DNA of 64,000 nt, from IMG/VR virus record IMGVR_UViG_3300005805_000070, positions 1 through 64,000 of that record, one strand, 5' to 3'. The DNA is from a virus (Duplodnaviria; Caudoviricetes). Both the position numbers and the translations under genes were made by a program. Below are positions 19,201-30,913 of the stretch, piece by piece; positions within the stretch are counted from its first letter, which is position 1; each line of letters opens with the position of its first letter. The notes under the pieces are model-generated. The model did not search any database and was not told the DNA's origin. It saw nothing but the letters and a program-made list of their open reading frames with translations.

Positions 19201-21954
19201 ATTTGTTCTTCAGTCATCGCAACATCTCCTTCATTTTACGCAAACAATCGTTGAAACCATCCACAAGCAATTCAACATCTACATTTTGCGATCCAGCAGC
19301 AGATTGTTGTTCAGGCAACCATTGTTCAACGGCATCTACAATCTCATCACACATATCAATAGAGAAACCAAGTTTGTCTCTCATAATGTACCAAAGCTTT
19401 TGTGCCTTAAATTTCTCAACTTGTTTGAGGATTACGAGTTTATCTTGAAGAGTTTTGATCTCTACTTCTAGTTTTTCAATTTCAGTCATACTTTCCACCT
19501 TTTACCTCATTAAACCACAATCCTTCAAGAAGTCGTTCAGTTTCTTTATCAGTAATCATTACAAGTCTTGAAGTATCATCTTGTTTTTCTCGTCTCCACC
19601 ACACAACATATCCAAACTCATCAGTATATTCAATACGATAATAAGTTTTCTTATTATAAAAGACAATATGAACTTCACCAGACCTTTCTGCTTCCATTCT
19701 TGGTTGAGATTTATGTGTTTCAATCTCTTTGAGGAGGTCAAGTTTCTTTTGAAGCACTTTGATTTCTGCTTCTGTCTTTTCAATATCAGATTGGAAAGTC
19801 ATTTGTTTAAGATAAGGAGTAGCATCCATCACACCATCTTTCATTGCTTGTCTAAAAGCATTACGAAGTCCATCAGCAACTTGTTCTGGTGTTTGTGGTT
19901 TTGGTTGAAAGTCAGTCATCAAAACCTCTCCTTCATTTCTTTGATTGCTGTATTATATCCTTGAAGAACATCAGAGTGATACTTATTCACCAAAGGTTCT
20001 GGAATATTATCTTTAATCAAATCCATAACCCTATCAGTCAGTTGATCACAATCAATACCATATCCTACTTTCTTCCCAAGTTCTTCCCAGAGTTTATCAT
20101 AGAAACTTTTGGGTTCTACTACTTTCTGATACTTTTCTCCGTGATAGTAAATATGGTCATCATATTTGAGAATAAGTGAGGGGTCAATTTGATCCATTTT
20201 CAGTTCCACCATAATAATGTTGTGCGTTGAGTGTTCTCCACATTATAATCTGTTCAAAACATTCCCCAAGATTACGACAAACAAAACTGTCTTCATCCAC
20301 CCCATCTGGACCATCCCAGATAGTTGCAGTATATCCTTTCGTGGGATGTGGAGTATAAGTAATTTCAATTCTCATCGGTCTTGGAGCATCTCCCAGTATT
20401 ATAACCCGTCAAGAAGGCAGAATGCAACCACTTTCTCAACAAATCCTCACGGGTTTTCAGGTCTTCTACGGCACAATCACCATAGAACCATTCACAACGA
20501 AAGGTAAAAGGAGTATAAAGGTCGTTAAACCATTCCTGAAATGCGACTTCGGCAGTGTCTTCCCACTCCCAATCGTTTGCTGGATGAGTCATAGGTCTAA
20601 TGGTTGTTGTGGATCTTTCTTCCAAACTTCTTTGTATGTGATCCATCGTTCTACACCAGTTTCTTGTTGTGCAGTCCAATGGTATCCATTTTCATCAATC
20701 GCATCAAGATAATGAATACGGGTCTTGGGGCAGATGGTGCGGGTAATATGTGTGAATTTTACTCTTTCAGTCATTTAGAAACTCCCATTTACTATTGAAG
20801 AATACTCGTGTCCAAAATCGGATCCAACGATTAGGAATAAGATTATTCTCTGTAAAGTGAATACAAAATTGCCCTCCACCAAAGAAATCACAGGTACAAA
20901 TGTATTTTACGATTGGTTGAATGTTCATCGCACTTAAACGATCCCAATCAAAACGTTTATCGTCAGTCATTTCTCCTCCACCCATAAACAATCAAAACAA
21001 AACCGAACATTAGAGTGCCTCCCGATTGCTAATAAAAACTTTGAGAGTTCTTCCATCATCTTGAAAGGACAACTCTACCTTATTGTTGTCGTCCCAATTT
21101 ACATAAGACCTTCCATCTTGGTCAATTACTTCTACTCGGGTTACTTTATCGGTTGAGTAAGTCATTTCAGTTCCTCTTCTTCTTTCTCAATATCAAAAAT
21201 AGCATTTAGAAACTCCAGAGCATACTTACCTACAACCCAAGCGTCTTTATCCTCAAAGAACCTATCACCTATGGTTCTCATATCATAACCCTCTTTGTCT
21301 TTATCAAAGAAAGCAATCACATAACAATACTCTCTTTCTTCACAAGCATCTACCTCTGCTTTATACCACTTGACGAGTTCATACTTCTTGTTGCAGTTGC
21401 TCCAACGGAACTCTATGTTACGAAATCTCATTCATCAATCTCCATGATCTCTATGATAGATTTAATCTTTTCTAGATCTTCTAATCGTTGACTATGCTCT
21501 TCATACTCTTGTTTGAAGTCATCAAGATAAGTCTCATCTTTACAGTTTTTAATCTCCCAACTAACATCACCACAACGTTGTTTTGTGTCGTCAATGAAGT
21601 ATTCTATTGTATCAATTATTGCCATCTTTCACAATACAAGATGTGGTACATTTTAGATCACCAGAGGATCCAGAGACGGTAGATGTATGGTGTTGCGTCT
21701 TTTCTGGTGTAAGGTTATAGTATACCATACCACCAATACAAACTCCAATAAGAGTGAAAAAGATAAGATTACAGATTTTCATAGTTTTCCTCAAAATCAA
21801 ACCAAGTATCAAGAGAATTCATAATTTCGGACACAATAGCATCGGCGGCAACATCTACATCTGGATTGGGATTGTGTTTATGTGCGCGATTCCATCCAAA
21901 ACGGACTCCTTCTTCAAGTGCCATTTCAAGTACAGTGCGAAATTTGGGTTTCAT
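16285..21954 (-). CDS. about 20 small hypothetical ORFs (e.g. 16463-16798, 17555-17821, 17818-18081, 18163-18555, 18524-19105, 19482-19922, 21162-21431)
   Basis: ORF track; continuous minus-strand packing; no recognisable domains. Confidence 0.6.
18107..18164 (-). promoter_or_regulatory. early promoter, dyad 18143-18164, TATAAT 18107-18112
   Basis: Read directly. Confidence 0.7.
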
Positions 21955-22445
21955 TTTTTTAATTTATATGCGATGGTAATTCTTAAATCTGTAAAGTTTT
22001 TAGAAGGAGATTTTCCACAATGCCACCAATTTGAAGGGAACATTATAGCACTATTTGGAAATGGAGTTATGCTATTAATTTTACCATCTGGTTCAAGAAT
22101 TACAGTTTCTCCGCCCCAATCTAAACTCCAAGTTTTCATTGGATAATAAAGAAAAGTATATGCGTTTTCATCGGAATCGTCAATGTGAAAATCTCCATCT
22201 AAACCAAAGGTTTGACCATTTGCATAAACTCTTTCAATAGAAAAATCTTCACCAATTGTATTTTTTATACTTTTAAAGAGATTTTCAGTGAAGAAAGGAT
22301 TATCTTGTAACTGCATACACCAAAAAAAGTTTTTAGAATCTATAGTGCTAGATTGCCAAAATTCCCATTTTGGTTGAGATAGAAAATCCCAAATAATTTC
22401 TACTTGCCTCTCATCAAATACTTCCAAATACCTGGTTAATGGCAT
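21951..22445 (-). CDS. 2OG-Fe(II) oxygenase (prolyl-hydroxylase-like)
   Basis: GDFHID, WGGET, WWHCG and RITIAYK. Confidence 0.85.
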   Translation of the reverse strand: MPLTRYLEVFDERQVEIIWDFLSQPKWEFWQSSTIDSKNFFWCMQLQDNPFFTENLFKSIKNTIGEDFSIERVYANGQTFGLDGDFHIDDSDENAYTFLYYPMKTWSLDWGGETVILEPDGKINSITPFPNSAIMFPSNWWHCGKSPSKNFTDLRITIAYKLKK

Positions 22446-22595
22446 ACTATTTTAAATATAGATGAGGTTTGTTGTAGATCATATGATCTAAGATCATTCC
22501 AATCTTTTGGGCATAAGTTTCGTCATCATTTTTTACACATTCTTGATATGCATCAAATAGTTTAAGGTAAAGTTGCTCAAAGTGCTGTTTGGTCA

Positions 22596-23545
22596 TTAGA
22601 TCACCTCCCATTCAGTTTCCCAGAAGTCGTTGATATTCACCCAGAAGAAGTATTTGCCGTTCTCTGATGCGAGAAACAGCATACCATCACCCCTGTCCTG
22701 TTCCACAATACAGATAGGATTGTTGTCCATTACATTACACAGACGGTTTTTCGCTTTCTTGCTTTTCGGTCTTACGGTTACTCTTCTCATTTGCAATCTC
22801 CAGTTTCAGTTTGCGAATACCAGTAATAAAGTAAGCAAAGTCTCTTGTTTCAGTAATGGGTTTGATTTGCTCACACACATCACACTTAGACTCATAAACA
22901 GAGGAGCAACCTACGGAATAAACACCATAAGTTTTTCCACAGTCAAAACAAGTGTTGTAAGCAGTCTCAAGTTTCTTCAGAAGTGCTTTCTTCTCTTTGA
23001 GAGTCATCGCCAAGTCCTACGGGGAGTTGTTTGTCTATGAGGTAATCATACAGCATCTGGGCGAACCCGTAGTGGGGTCTTGTGCCAGTTTCGATACTGG
23101 TTGAGGTCGCCACCGTCCACATAATATCCAAGTCAAATTTATCAGGTAGTGGTTTCATTAGAATTTTTCATAATAATGAGTTTTCCAGTAAGCATTCCAT
23201 AGAATATTTCACACACTTTATCTTCACAAGACTTCATTTTCTCTTTAGAGAGAGAAATGAGAGCATTGAGTTCTTTTTCGCTTAAATTCCAGTCGGTTAA
23301 ATTATGTTCAGTTACTTTCATCGCCAATTACGTGCAAATAGATCAAAATCAAAACCAAATTTGTATGCCCAGAAAAGAGCTCCCATTAATCTACCATTAC
23401 CGAAATGAATTTGAAGATAGGGAAGACCCATAAAATCTGACCAATTTATCACTAATTGCAAAAGGGAATATTTTTTCCCTTTAAGGATATAAAAATAAAA
23501 ATCGTGTCCAAAATCATTTTCATATTTGAATTCAAATAGTTTCAT
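22596..23545 (-). CDS. five small hypothetical ORFs (22596-22796, 22735-23013 with CxxC pairs, 22967-23158, 23142-23327, 23318-23545)
   Basis: ORF track. Confidence 0.65.
23045..23103 (-). promoter_or_regulatory. intragenic early promoter (dyad 23082-23103, TATGAT 23045-23050) inside ORF 22967..23158
   Basis: Same 8-6-17 spacing as the other copies. Confidence 0.55.
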
Positions 23546-23551
23546 AAAACC

Positions 23552-24028
23552 TCACATTTCTCCTAGGGTATGAATTACGGGTTTTTCGTGTGCAAGAATT
23601 CGGTAAAGGTCTTCGTTTTGTGCTGCTGATATAGGAATAAATTCTGTCTTATCATCAAATTCATCATCCCGAATAGCCTGGTTAATTACGATAGATCCCT
23701 CTTCACCCGACCAAGAACGGTGATATGTTTTCTGAGGAATAACTAGAGCACCAGAGCTACGATTAAGATGAACAATATGATAAGGATATCTCCATTCGGG
23801 ATTCACAAGTTCAAATGTGCGGATACCTGAAAGGACACGGTTATGATCAATTTGATGATAGTGAATATAAAACTGTTTTGCACCAACAATATCATCAGGG
23901 GGAGAAATTGCTGGACCTTCGTGAACTACAAGATCAGATGCATTAGATCCTTCTACTGAAATATCATAGAAGATAACTGACTGAGTTTCACGGAATACTC
24001 TATGTTTTTTAAAAGTTACTTCGCTCAT
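23552..24028 (-). CDS. cupin-fold protein
   Basis: FYIHYHQIDHNRV...LVIPQKTYH two-motif cupin pattern. Confidence 0.65.
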   Translation of the reverse strand: MSEVTFKKHRVFRETQSVIFYDISVEGSNASDLVVHEGPAISPPDDIVGAKQFYIHYHQIDHNRVLSGIRTFELVNPEWRYPYHIVHLNRSSGALVIPQKTYHRSWSGEEGSIVINQAIRDDEFDDKTEFIPISAAQNEDLYRILAHEKPVIHTLGEM

Positions 24029-24218
24029 CAGTCGTAGGTGTTTTGCTCCTGGTTCAATCTATCTATATGAAAATATATTGTAGCATCTGAATATTCAAAT
24101 TCTTCAAATCTTTGAGGTTTTTTCTCCTTCATTTTAGTTAACATATTGATCCAATCGTAGCGTTTGTCTACAACCCACCCATAACGACGTTCATCTTGAT
24201 CTAAATCAAAAATTGTTT

Positions 24219-24740
24219 TCATTTTTCGTTCATTACAATATTACCAGCTAAAGAAATTCTCTCATCGGGAAATTTTTGTTCAGGAACAAAATGGTTTAGA
24301 TGAGATGGGAATAGAATTAGTTTACCCTCCTCTGGTTTTATTTTTAGTTCACTAGTAACAAAACATAGTGGTGAAGAATCCTCAGAACACTTTGTATAGT
24401 AAACAAAAGAATAATATGCGGGAGTATGGTTATGAGGTCTTGCATGATGATTTTTCCTCATCACAATTCCCCAAAAACAAGAAAACGAAAAAGAGCAAGT
24501 AAGATGGTGTGGATTTAAACTGTATAAATTTCTTAAGATCCAATCTTTTAAATTTTCTATTTCTGGAGAAGTTATACTCCAATCTGTCATTTCTGCTTGA
24601 ACATTGGTTGAATAATTCTGCTTATCCCCAATACTCAAAACATATTCAGATATTTTAGAATTTACTTTATGAGCGTAAGGATATTTTGCAATCAAAACTT
24701 TGACATCATCAGATCTGATGGTCAATTCATCAATGATCAT
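24219..24740 (-). CDS. putative 2OG-Fe(II) oxygenase
   Basis: HARPHNH, LILFPSHLNHFV and RISLAGN. Confidence 0.85.
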   Translation of the reverse strand: MIIDELTIRSDDVKVLIAKYPYAHKVNSKISEYVLSIGDKQNYSTNVQAEMTDWSITSPEIENLKDWILRNLYSLNPHHLTCSFSFSCFWGIVMRKNHHARPHNHTPAYYSFVYYTKCSEDSSPLCFVTSELKIKPEEGKLILFPSHLNHFVPEQKFPDERISLAGNIVMNEK

Positions 24741-24756
24741 TTAAAAAAAATTCAGA

Positions 24757-27451
24757 TTAGTAAGACAGGGATTTAATACCATCTAAAACTTCTTGAAATC
24801 TTTCTGCACGACTTTTGTGATGATTTACATTTTCTTCAAGAATACCCACAATATCATCCAGAATAACGTCTAGAGAAGCATTAGTATCAAAATATTGTTG
24901 GATTGCTTCAGCAAGATACCTCCGCCTACTCCATTCCATACTATAAGGTTTGTAATCCATAATAATGGGTGTATATGGGTGTATTATAGGGTGTTTACTT
25001 CTGATTGTCAAGATCTTGCAAATACTTAATCCACCAATCTGGATCTTTTTGCATCTGCCATCTGGGAACAGGAAGTCCTTTCTCAAAGTAATATTGCCAG
25101 ATAGCCTGTTCAATTATTTCCTTTGTCTCAAGAATCTTCGCCTTCTTCATCAAGGTCTCCATATGGGTCTTCCACATAAGGTCCGTGTGGTCGTTTGGCA
25201 TCCTCTCTGACATAAGTTTGTTCTTCGTTGACGGCAGCAATCCATAAAGATAGTTTCATCACCAACCATATCGTAACCAAAGGTAAAAAGCAAGCGATCA
25301 GGATTAAAGGTTTCATTCATCAACCTCCCAGCACTTTTCGAACTTATCTCTTAACTCATTCAGTTTCACCTGGTGTTGAAACTCCATAATGTGATCTTTT
25401 ATTTCCTTCTCCTCTTCTGTAAAGTCCATACGATATTTGAGTTTAGTATCAACAAGACGCACCATTTCCATATAGAACTGAGTGCCTTTATGAATAAACT
25501 CTTCGTAGGTCAATCTCTCTGCCTCCAGTCATCGGGTTTATCCCTATCTTCCGTCCACCAATCAACCATATCATCAACACTATCAAAACCACGCTTACCA
25601 AAGCGTTCGTGACCCAGACCACCAATATCAAGTTGGTTTAAAAAATCATCCATATCTCCTTCTTGCATATCAGGATTCTCTGCGGTCCTTCTTGCCTGAC
25701 GAAGCATTGTAGCAGCAGAACGATTTGCTTTTGCAAGTTTTTCTGCCCAAATCATATCTTCAAGACTGACCTCTTCGTGCAATGCAATCTTGTTGCAAAT
25801 ACCTTCCAAGCGTAAGCGATATTGTGTAGAGAGCATAAACTCCTCCGAGTATGTGATTATTTATTTTTGTCAAAATATTTTTGTAACTCTTTAGCGAGTT
25901 TCATAGATCGACGCCACATAAAGTATTTTACCACAGGATTTTTGGGATTGTTAAAAATCCACCATTTAATTTTTTCATATTGAAATTTTAGAAATTTAGT
26001 TCCATAATGAACCATCTTGGCAACACTATCATCTGTTATGATAAAATATGCTGCTACAACAAAAAGAAAAAACCAAAAATAATAGATTTCCATTTTAATC
26101 CCACCAGTGTTCTAAACATTTAATGGCATGATATAACTGCTCAGAATAGTATGTATCGGGATTTTCTATTTCTCTGAGTTCTTCTATGTATTGAATTATG
26201 CCTTTTGTAACAGAATTAATCTTGAAATACTCATAAAACTGGAAGCAATCAAACTTTTCAATATACTTAAACATACTATTCCAGTTCTCTTGATAACCAT
26301 TTGTATATACATCTTCTCTTTCTAAATTATTTTCATTCACAAATTTGATTGGAATATATTTTCTCTTATCTAATTCCTTTTCTTCTTCTGTTCTTCTCTC
26401 ACTAAGAATTTCTCTGCCAGTATCGGCATCTAACATTCTTAATCCATCTCTATATTTCTCATAGAGAGAAAGGTCAGTAACGATTTCTGTTTTTTTCCAC
26501 TCATTACATTCATCCAGAAATCTCTGTTTCATATAAGGATAATCTTCAACATCCCAAATACGAAAAATAAGATTCAAGTTATAGCAACCATCTTCATGAT
26601 AAGATTTCCAATGGCGATAGGAAAAATGAGTAATTTCAAAAGACTTATTCATTAGGTTCTCCGTAGTCTTTTTAGATATTCTAACACGTTTTCCCTAACT
26701 GCCATTAATTCATTATAGCACTTTTGATTATGAGCACATTGCCTCAATTCATTATCTGGTTTATGAACACTTTCAATAAAAAGATCCAATCCTCTGTTCC
26801 ATTTTTCATTATCATTCATTTTTTTAAGACCTAATTCAAATACTATTTAAAGCCTTTTTTATCAGTATCTTTTTTCTTACTACTTTTTTTATCCTTAATA
26901 ATCACAACATTAAGATAATTGGGTATTTGATAATGATCTCTCCAATAACCCATCAAATCTTGATAATATTCAAATGTAATGGTCTTACCGTTAAAAAGTT
27001 TTAATTCATAGTAATGATTGTCATATGGTTCTAAAGAAGTGTGAGTAAAACTAGGAACCTCGTTTGACATTTTTCTTTGGATTTTTAGATGTTGATTTTG
27101 AAGATTTTATTTCTTTTTGAATATAAGTTTTAGCAGATGCATAGTTGTTTGCGGTATGAACTTGCTGCCCATTGTGAATGATTACAAATTTTTTTCCCCA
27201 AGGAACTGCTGCCCACATACCATCATTGGTTACATAACCCTGTGGATCTCCTGGTGTGGGATCAAGAATACCAGGTCGATCGATGAAAGGTTTCTGAAAA
27301 CGTTCGCTCATCCGAATACAGCGGTTACGCCAACAACTTTAGCACTGGGATTACGTGCCAGAGCGGTCCTCTTAGCATCTTCATAATCACGTGCCTCAAC
27401 AATTTCGTCAAAAACTTTACCAGCGACGTAGAGTTGAACTTTGCAGCGCAT
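24757..27451 (-). CDS. about 11 small hypothetical ORFs (e.g. 24757-24960, 25510-25836, 26095-26652, 27051-27311, 27308-27451)
   Basis: Track plus hand translation. Confidence 0.65.
24983..25011 (-). promoter_or_regulatory. consensus sigma70 promoter TTGACA-N17-TATAAT (no dyad)
   Basis: -35 at 25006-25011, -10 at 24983-24988. Confidence 0.75.
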
Positions 27452-27492
27452 TGGGGGATTCCTCCTTGTGTGTAAATAGTTTAGCAGAAAAA

Positions 27493-28722
27493 TCAGCGTT
27501 TGACAACGCTGATGGCGGGTTGCCCCTGGTTGAACACGGTATCCACTACCGCTTGCACCTTCTTAGCGGTGCTGATGCCCACAGAAGAGTAGACAGGGAT
27601 GCAGACCAGTCCAAAGGACTTGGTGTAGTCCTGAAGGGCACCAGGGGCGATCCTGCCGCTGCTGAGACCCTCTGCGTCGTCCTTGTGCAGGCGGATCACC
27701 CGACCGATGGTCTGGGAGATGCCAATGTAATCCATAGACCGCATAAACAGCACTGCCTCCAAACCAGAAACGTTGATGCCCTCGCTAAGAATGCTGTGAT
27801 GCAGAACCACAAACTTCTTGTCGTTGTCCTTACCCCAGGCACTCAGAGTGTCAAAGAACACCTCACGGTTGACCTTCTGCCCATCAATCACGGCACCAGT
27901 CTTGGAAGTGATATACATCCAAGAGAACCCACGATCTTCCAGTTGCTGACAGAAATCGGTCTGAGAAACCAGAGAAACGATCTGTTTGGTTGCCTTAGAG
28001 CAGATGAGAACCTTGCCCACTTCCTGAGCATCGATAGTCTGAATCAGATTCTCACAGTCAACATCAGCAACGATCTGACCCTTACCAAGCATCTCAAACT
28101 TCTGCACCACAACCTTAGGAGGAACAATGAAACCACCATCCACCAGTTCGGGAGCGGGCACATTGCAGATCACCTGCCCATAAACTTGGGAATCGTTCAT
28201 CCCAGGTTTGGAAATAGTAGCAGAATGCTTAGGAGTAGCAGTGAAGAAATAGCAGCGGTCAGCAGTAGAAGCGAAATGCTCGGTGGCAGGGAAGAAATGG
28301 CGCTGGACAGAGTTGTGTGCTTCATCAAAGTAAATAGTATCAACGTGAATATCTGCCTGCTGAAGGCGCTGCAGAGAGTTGTAGGTGGTGAAGATAAGTT
28401 GGTGCTTGTAGGCACGACGAGACCAGTTGTAAATCTCAGCAGGTTTCGTGGTGCTTTGGTGATGAGTCTCACCACTATGAACGTGCAGAACAGCAACGTT
28501 AGTGATAAACTCAAGGTACTCAGCAGACAACTGCTCCGCCAGGAGGATTCTTGGACAGCACACCACAATGGTCTTTGGGGCATCGGACTGAAACTCACGG
28601 AGAGCATCACAAATTCCCACAAGGGTTTTACCCCCACCAGTTGGGATGACCACCTGACCTTTCAGGTACTTGGCAAGGGCATCCAGAGCACGTTGTTGGT
28701 GAGGTCGAAGTTGAATCATCAT
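27493..28722 (-). CDS. SF2 DEAH helicase (ResIII/type III restriction subunit-like), no nuclease domain evident
   Basis: PTGGGKT, FDEAH, FFTATP and ILSEGIN...QTIGRVIR; start trimmed to lie downstream of the promoter. Confidence 0.88.
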   Translation of the reverse strand: MMIQLRPHQQRALDALAKYLKGQVVIPTGGGKTLVGICDALREFQSDAPKTIVVCCPRILLAEQLSAEYLEFITNVAVLHVHSGETHHQSTTKPAEIYNWSRRAYKHQLIFTTYNSLQRLQQADIHVDTIYFDEAHNSVQRHFFPATEHFASTADRCYFFTATPKHSATISKPGMNDSQVYGQVICNVPAPELVDGGFIVPPKVVVQKFEMLGKGQIVADVDCENLIQTIDAQEVGKVLICSKATKQIVSLVSQTDFCQQLEDRGFSWMYITSKTGAVIDGQKVNREVFFDTLSAWGKDNDKKFVVLHHSILSEGINVSGLEAVLFMRSMDYIGISQTIGRVIRLHKDDAEGLSSGRIAPGALQDYTKSFGLVCIPVYSSVGISTAKKVQAVVDTVFNQGQPAISVVKR

Positions 28723-28741
28723 CAGGCGTTTCAATACAGAT

Positions 28742-28800
28742 ATTATACAGCAAAAAACAAGGGGACCGAAGCCCCCTTGTGCCACTAGAAGAACTGTTCC
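28742..28800 (-). promoter_or_regulatory. early promoter (dyad 28779-28800, TTCGGT-N17-TATAAT) overlapping a UUCG terminator ACAAGGGG-GCTTCGGT-CCCCTTGT-TTTTT
   Basis: Read directly. Confidence 0.8.
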
Positions 28801-29186
28801 ACTCCCACAGGATTTCCAAAGGAGTAATCATATGTAAGTGCATCATGGCAAACATAATGTGGATGGTCAAGTGGAATACCAATTCTTTGACACATCTCTT
28901 TATGATTATCTTCCATCAACTCAACAGAATAAACCATATTATCAATCACATATTGACGATCATGGTATTCGGAAAGTTTATCAATTAATGCAATAACAAA
29001 ATTTCCAGATCCAGCAGAATTATCAATAAATGTTGAAGATGGATCTCTCAACATATGCTCTGATATTTCAGAAACCATTTTTTCACAAAGTTCTGTTGGG
29101 GTGAATACTTCTTGAGTTTCTGCGATTCTTTCATCAGAACGTTCAATGTTAGATCCAACATCTTGATTATGTTTATTTTTACTCAC
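28785..29186 (-). CDS. half DNA methyltransferase: SAM-binding part only (motifs X, I-III), no NPPY
   Basis: TQEVFTP, FIDNSAGSGNF, VELMEDN and HDAL. Confidence 0.8.
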   Translation of the reverse strand: MSKNKHNQDVGSNIERSDERIAETQEVFTPTELCEKMVSEISEHMLRDPSSTFIDNSAGSGNFVIALIDKLSEYHDRQYVIDNMVYSVELMEDNHKEMCQRIGIPLDHPHYVCHDALTYDYSFGNPVGVEQFF

Positions 29187-29955
29187 CTTTGTCCTCCAAG
29201 CATTTGATGTAAGTTGTAATCAAATCATTTTTGCCAAAATGATAGCGTCCATTGCACTGATTTGCAACTTCCCTAAACCTATCAGCAAATTCTAGAAAAT
29301 TTTGAATTACTTGAGGGTCACGTACTTTAATAAAATGATGTCCCTTTGCATAATGAGTGAAATTTTCGGTTTTTACTCTACCACTCGGTCCACAACCATA
29401 CTCTCCAATAAAAACATCTGCATCAAATCTTTTTTCATAAGCAAGAAATTCAAAATCTGGGTGAGATGTGTGCATATGAATTTTTTCACGTTTCTCATCC
29501 TTCACAACCCAACGTTGTTTTACTGCATTGATTCCACCAGGAAAAGTTTTAGGATCACAGTCTACATCTTCAATGCAATGAAGATTGGGTGAAATTTTAT
29601 TCAAAGAAGATGGTTTACGCACAGAAGTGGGTAAAACAAATCGAATGTCATCAGTAAGTTCTGATGTTTTATTCAGAAATTTGATTGCAAGATTTCCACC
29701 AACACCATATGGAGGATTGCCAATTGCCAATGTAAAACGCATCTTCTGTTGAATTAATAGATCTAGATCTTTTACTATGTTTATTTTAGCATGTTGTTGA
29801 CGAATTGCATAGATGTGCGCTTCGTTATCTTCCCAAACCCAAATATTTTCTGGTTTAAATCCTTTTTTAAGGGATCTAAGAATATGTGAACCTACAGGAT
29901 CACCAACTACAAGAATTTTACTTGTAATAGTTTGGAATGAAATTGTTGATTGCAT
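29179..29955 (-). CDS. Eco57I-like amino-MTase catalytic/TRD subunit 2
   Basis: FTLAIGNPPY; N-terminus paralogous to 29918..30913. Confidence 0.8.
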   Translation of the reverse strand: MQSTISFQTITSKILVVGDPVGSHILRSLKKGFKPENIWVWEDNEAHIYAIRQQHAKINIVKDLDLLIQQKMRFTLAIGNPPYGVGGNLAIKFLNKTSELTDDIRFVLPTSVRKPSSLNKISPNLHCIEDVDCDPKTFPGGINAVKQRWVVKDEKREKIHMHTSHPDFEFLAYEKRFDADVFIGEYGCGPSGRVKTENFTHYAKGHHFIKVRDPQVIQNFLEFADRFREVANQCNGRYHFGKNDLITTYIKCLEDKGE

Positions 29956-30913
29956 CCTTTTGCTGTTGGTTCAAACCATAATACTCCATAATGCTATCAT
30001 CTGTCCATTTCTGATCCAGTGGTGGAAGTGGCACATTCTCAATGTAACGGGAAACATTATTACGATTGGTTGCTTTATTCAAAGCAAGAGCAAATCTTGC
30101 ATACTTTGTCTTCAAATAAGAAACCAAACTATCTCTCTCCTCTTCAGAATTCAATGAATAGAACTTTCCTTCATTATTTTCCGATGTATAAATGTTGCTG
30201 TTGTGATAAAAAAATGTGTAGAAATCGTCAGCAAACAGCTTATTCTCATTGTTAACTACTGGATGCCCACAAATAGTGGGGAGATTGAGAGGTACAGAAT
30301 TTATATTTGATGTTCTAATGGACAGTAAATTTGTTTTGGAAGATTCTGCTCTTATTAAATCTCTCAATTCATAATTTAGTTCTGTTGGTTCCCAATATCC
30401 ACTTGGGAAATCCTCAAGAGAATTAATATAGTATGTATTTCCTGTGGTTTTATAAAAAACCTCAATAGGACCTGTATGATTTTCCTTTGCCTTTGTGATT
30501 ACAAGAGGTGCCTGGAACTGTGCATTAAAGACAGGATTTCCATTAAAAATAGTAAGTTTACAAACCCTATTCTTAAGAGATTTTCTTACATCTTTTTCTA
30601 TCTGTTTTTCAGATCGAGTCAACCATCCAGATGGGTGAATCAGATTAACGTTTTTTGACCTTTCAAGAGCAATTTGAAGGAATTCAAGATGAAGTTGCCC
30701 CTTAAATGGGGGATTTCCTATGGTTAACGTGAAATCCATATCTATATTTTTATAATCCTCCACAATATTAATTCTATCATCAATTTGTTTAATTGAATAC
30801 AGATGAGTTGGATCATTCTCCCAAACGTATATATTCTCTGGATTAAATCCCTTTTGAATCGATCTAAGAGAATGAATCCCATTTGGATCCCCAAAAATGC
30901 AGAGATTAGACAT
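29918..30913 (-). CDS. Eco57I-like amino-MTase catalytic/TRD subunit 1
   Basis: FTLTIGNPPF, IHPSGW and a TRD-like C-terminus (SYLKTKYARFAL...VPLPPLDQKWTD). Confidence 0.8.
   Translation of the reverse strand: MSNLCIFGDPNGIHSLRSIQKGFNPENIYVWENDPTHLYSIKQIDDRINIVEDYKNIDMDFTLTIGNPPFKGQLHLEFLQIALERSKNVNLIHPSGWLTRSEKQIEKDVRKSLKNRVCKLTIFNGNPVFNAQFQAPLVITKAKENHTGPIEVFYKTTGNTYYINSLEDFPSGYWEPTELNYELRDLIRAESSKTNLLSIRTSNINSVPLNLPTICGHPVVNNENKLFADDFYTFFYHNSNIYTSENNEGKFYSLNSEEERDSLVSYLKTKYARFALALNKATNRNNVSRYIENVPLPPLDQKWTDDSIMEYYGLNQQQKDAINNFIPNYYK

Noticed and set aside
27391-28788. 465-aa plus-strand ORF
   Set aside because: Antisense shadow of the GC-rich helicase; no motifs or promoter
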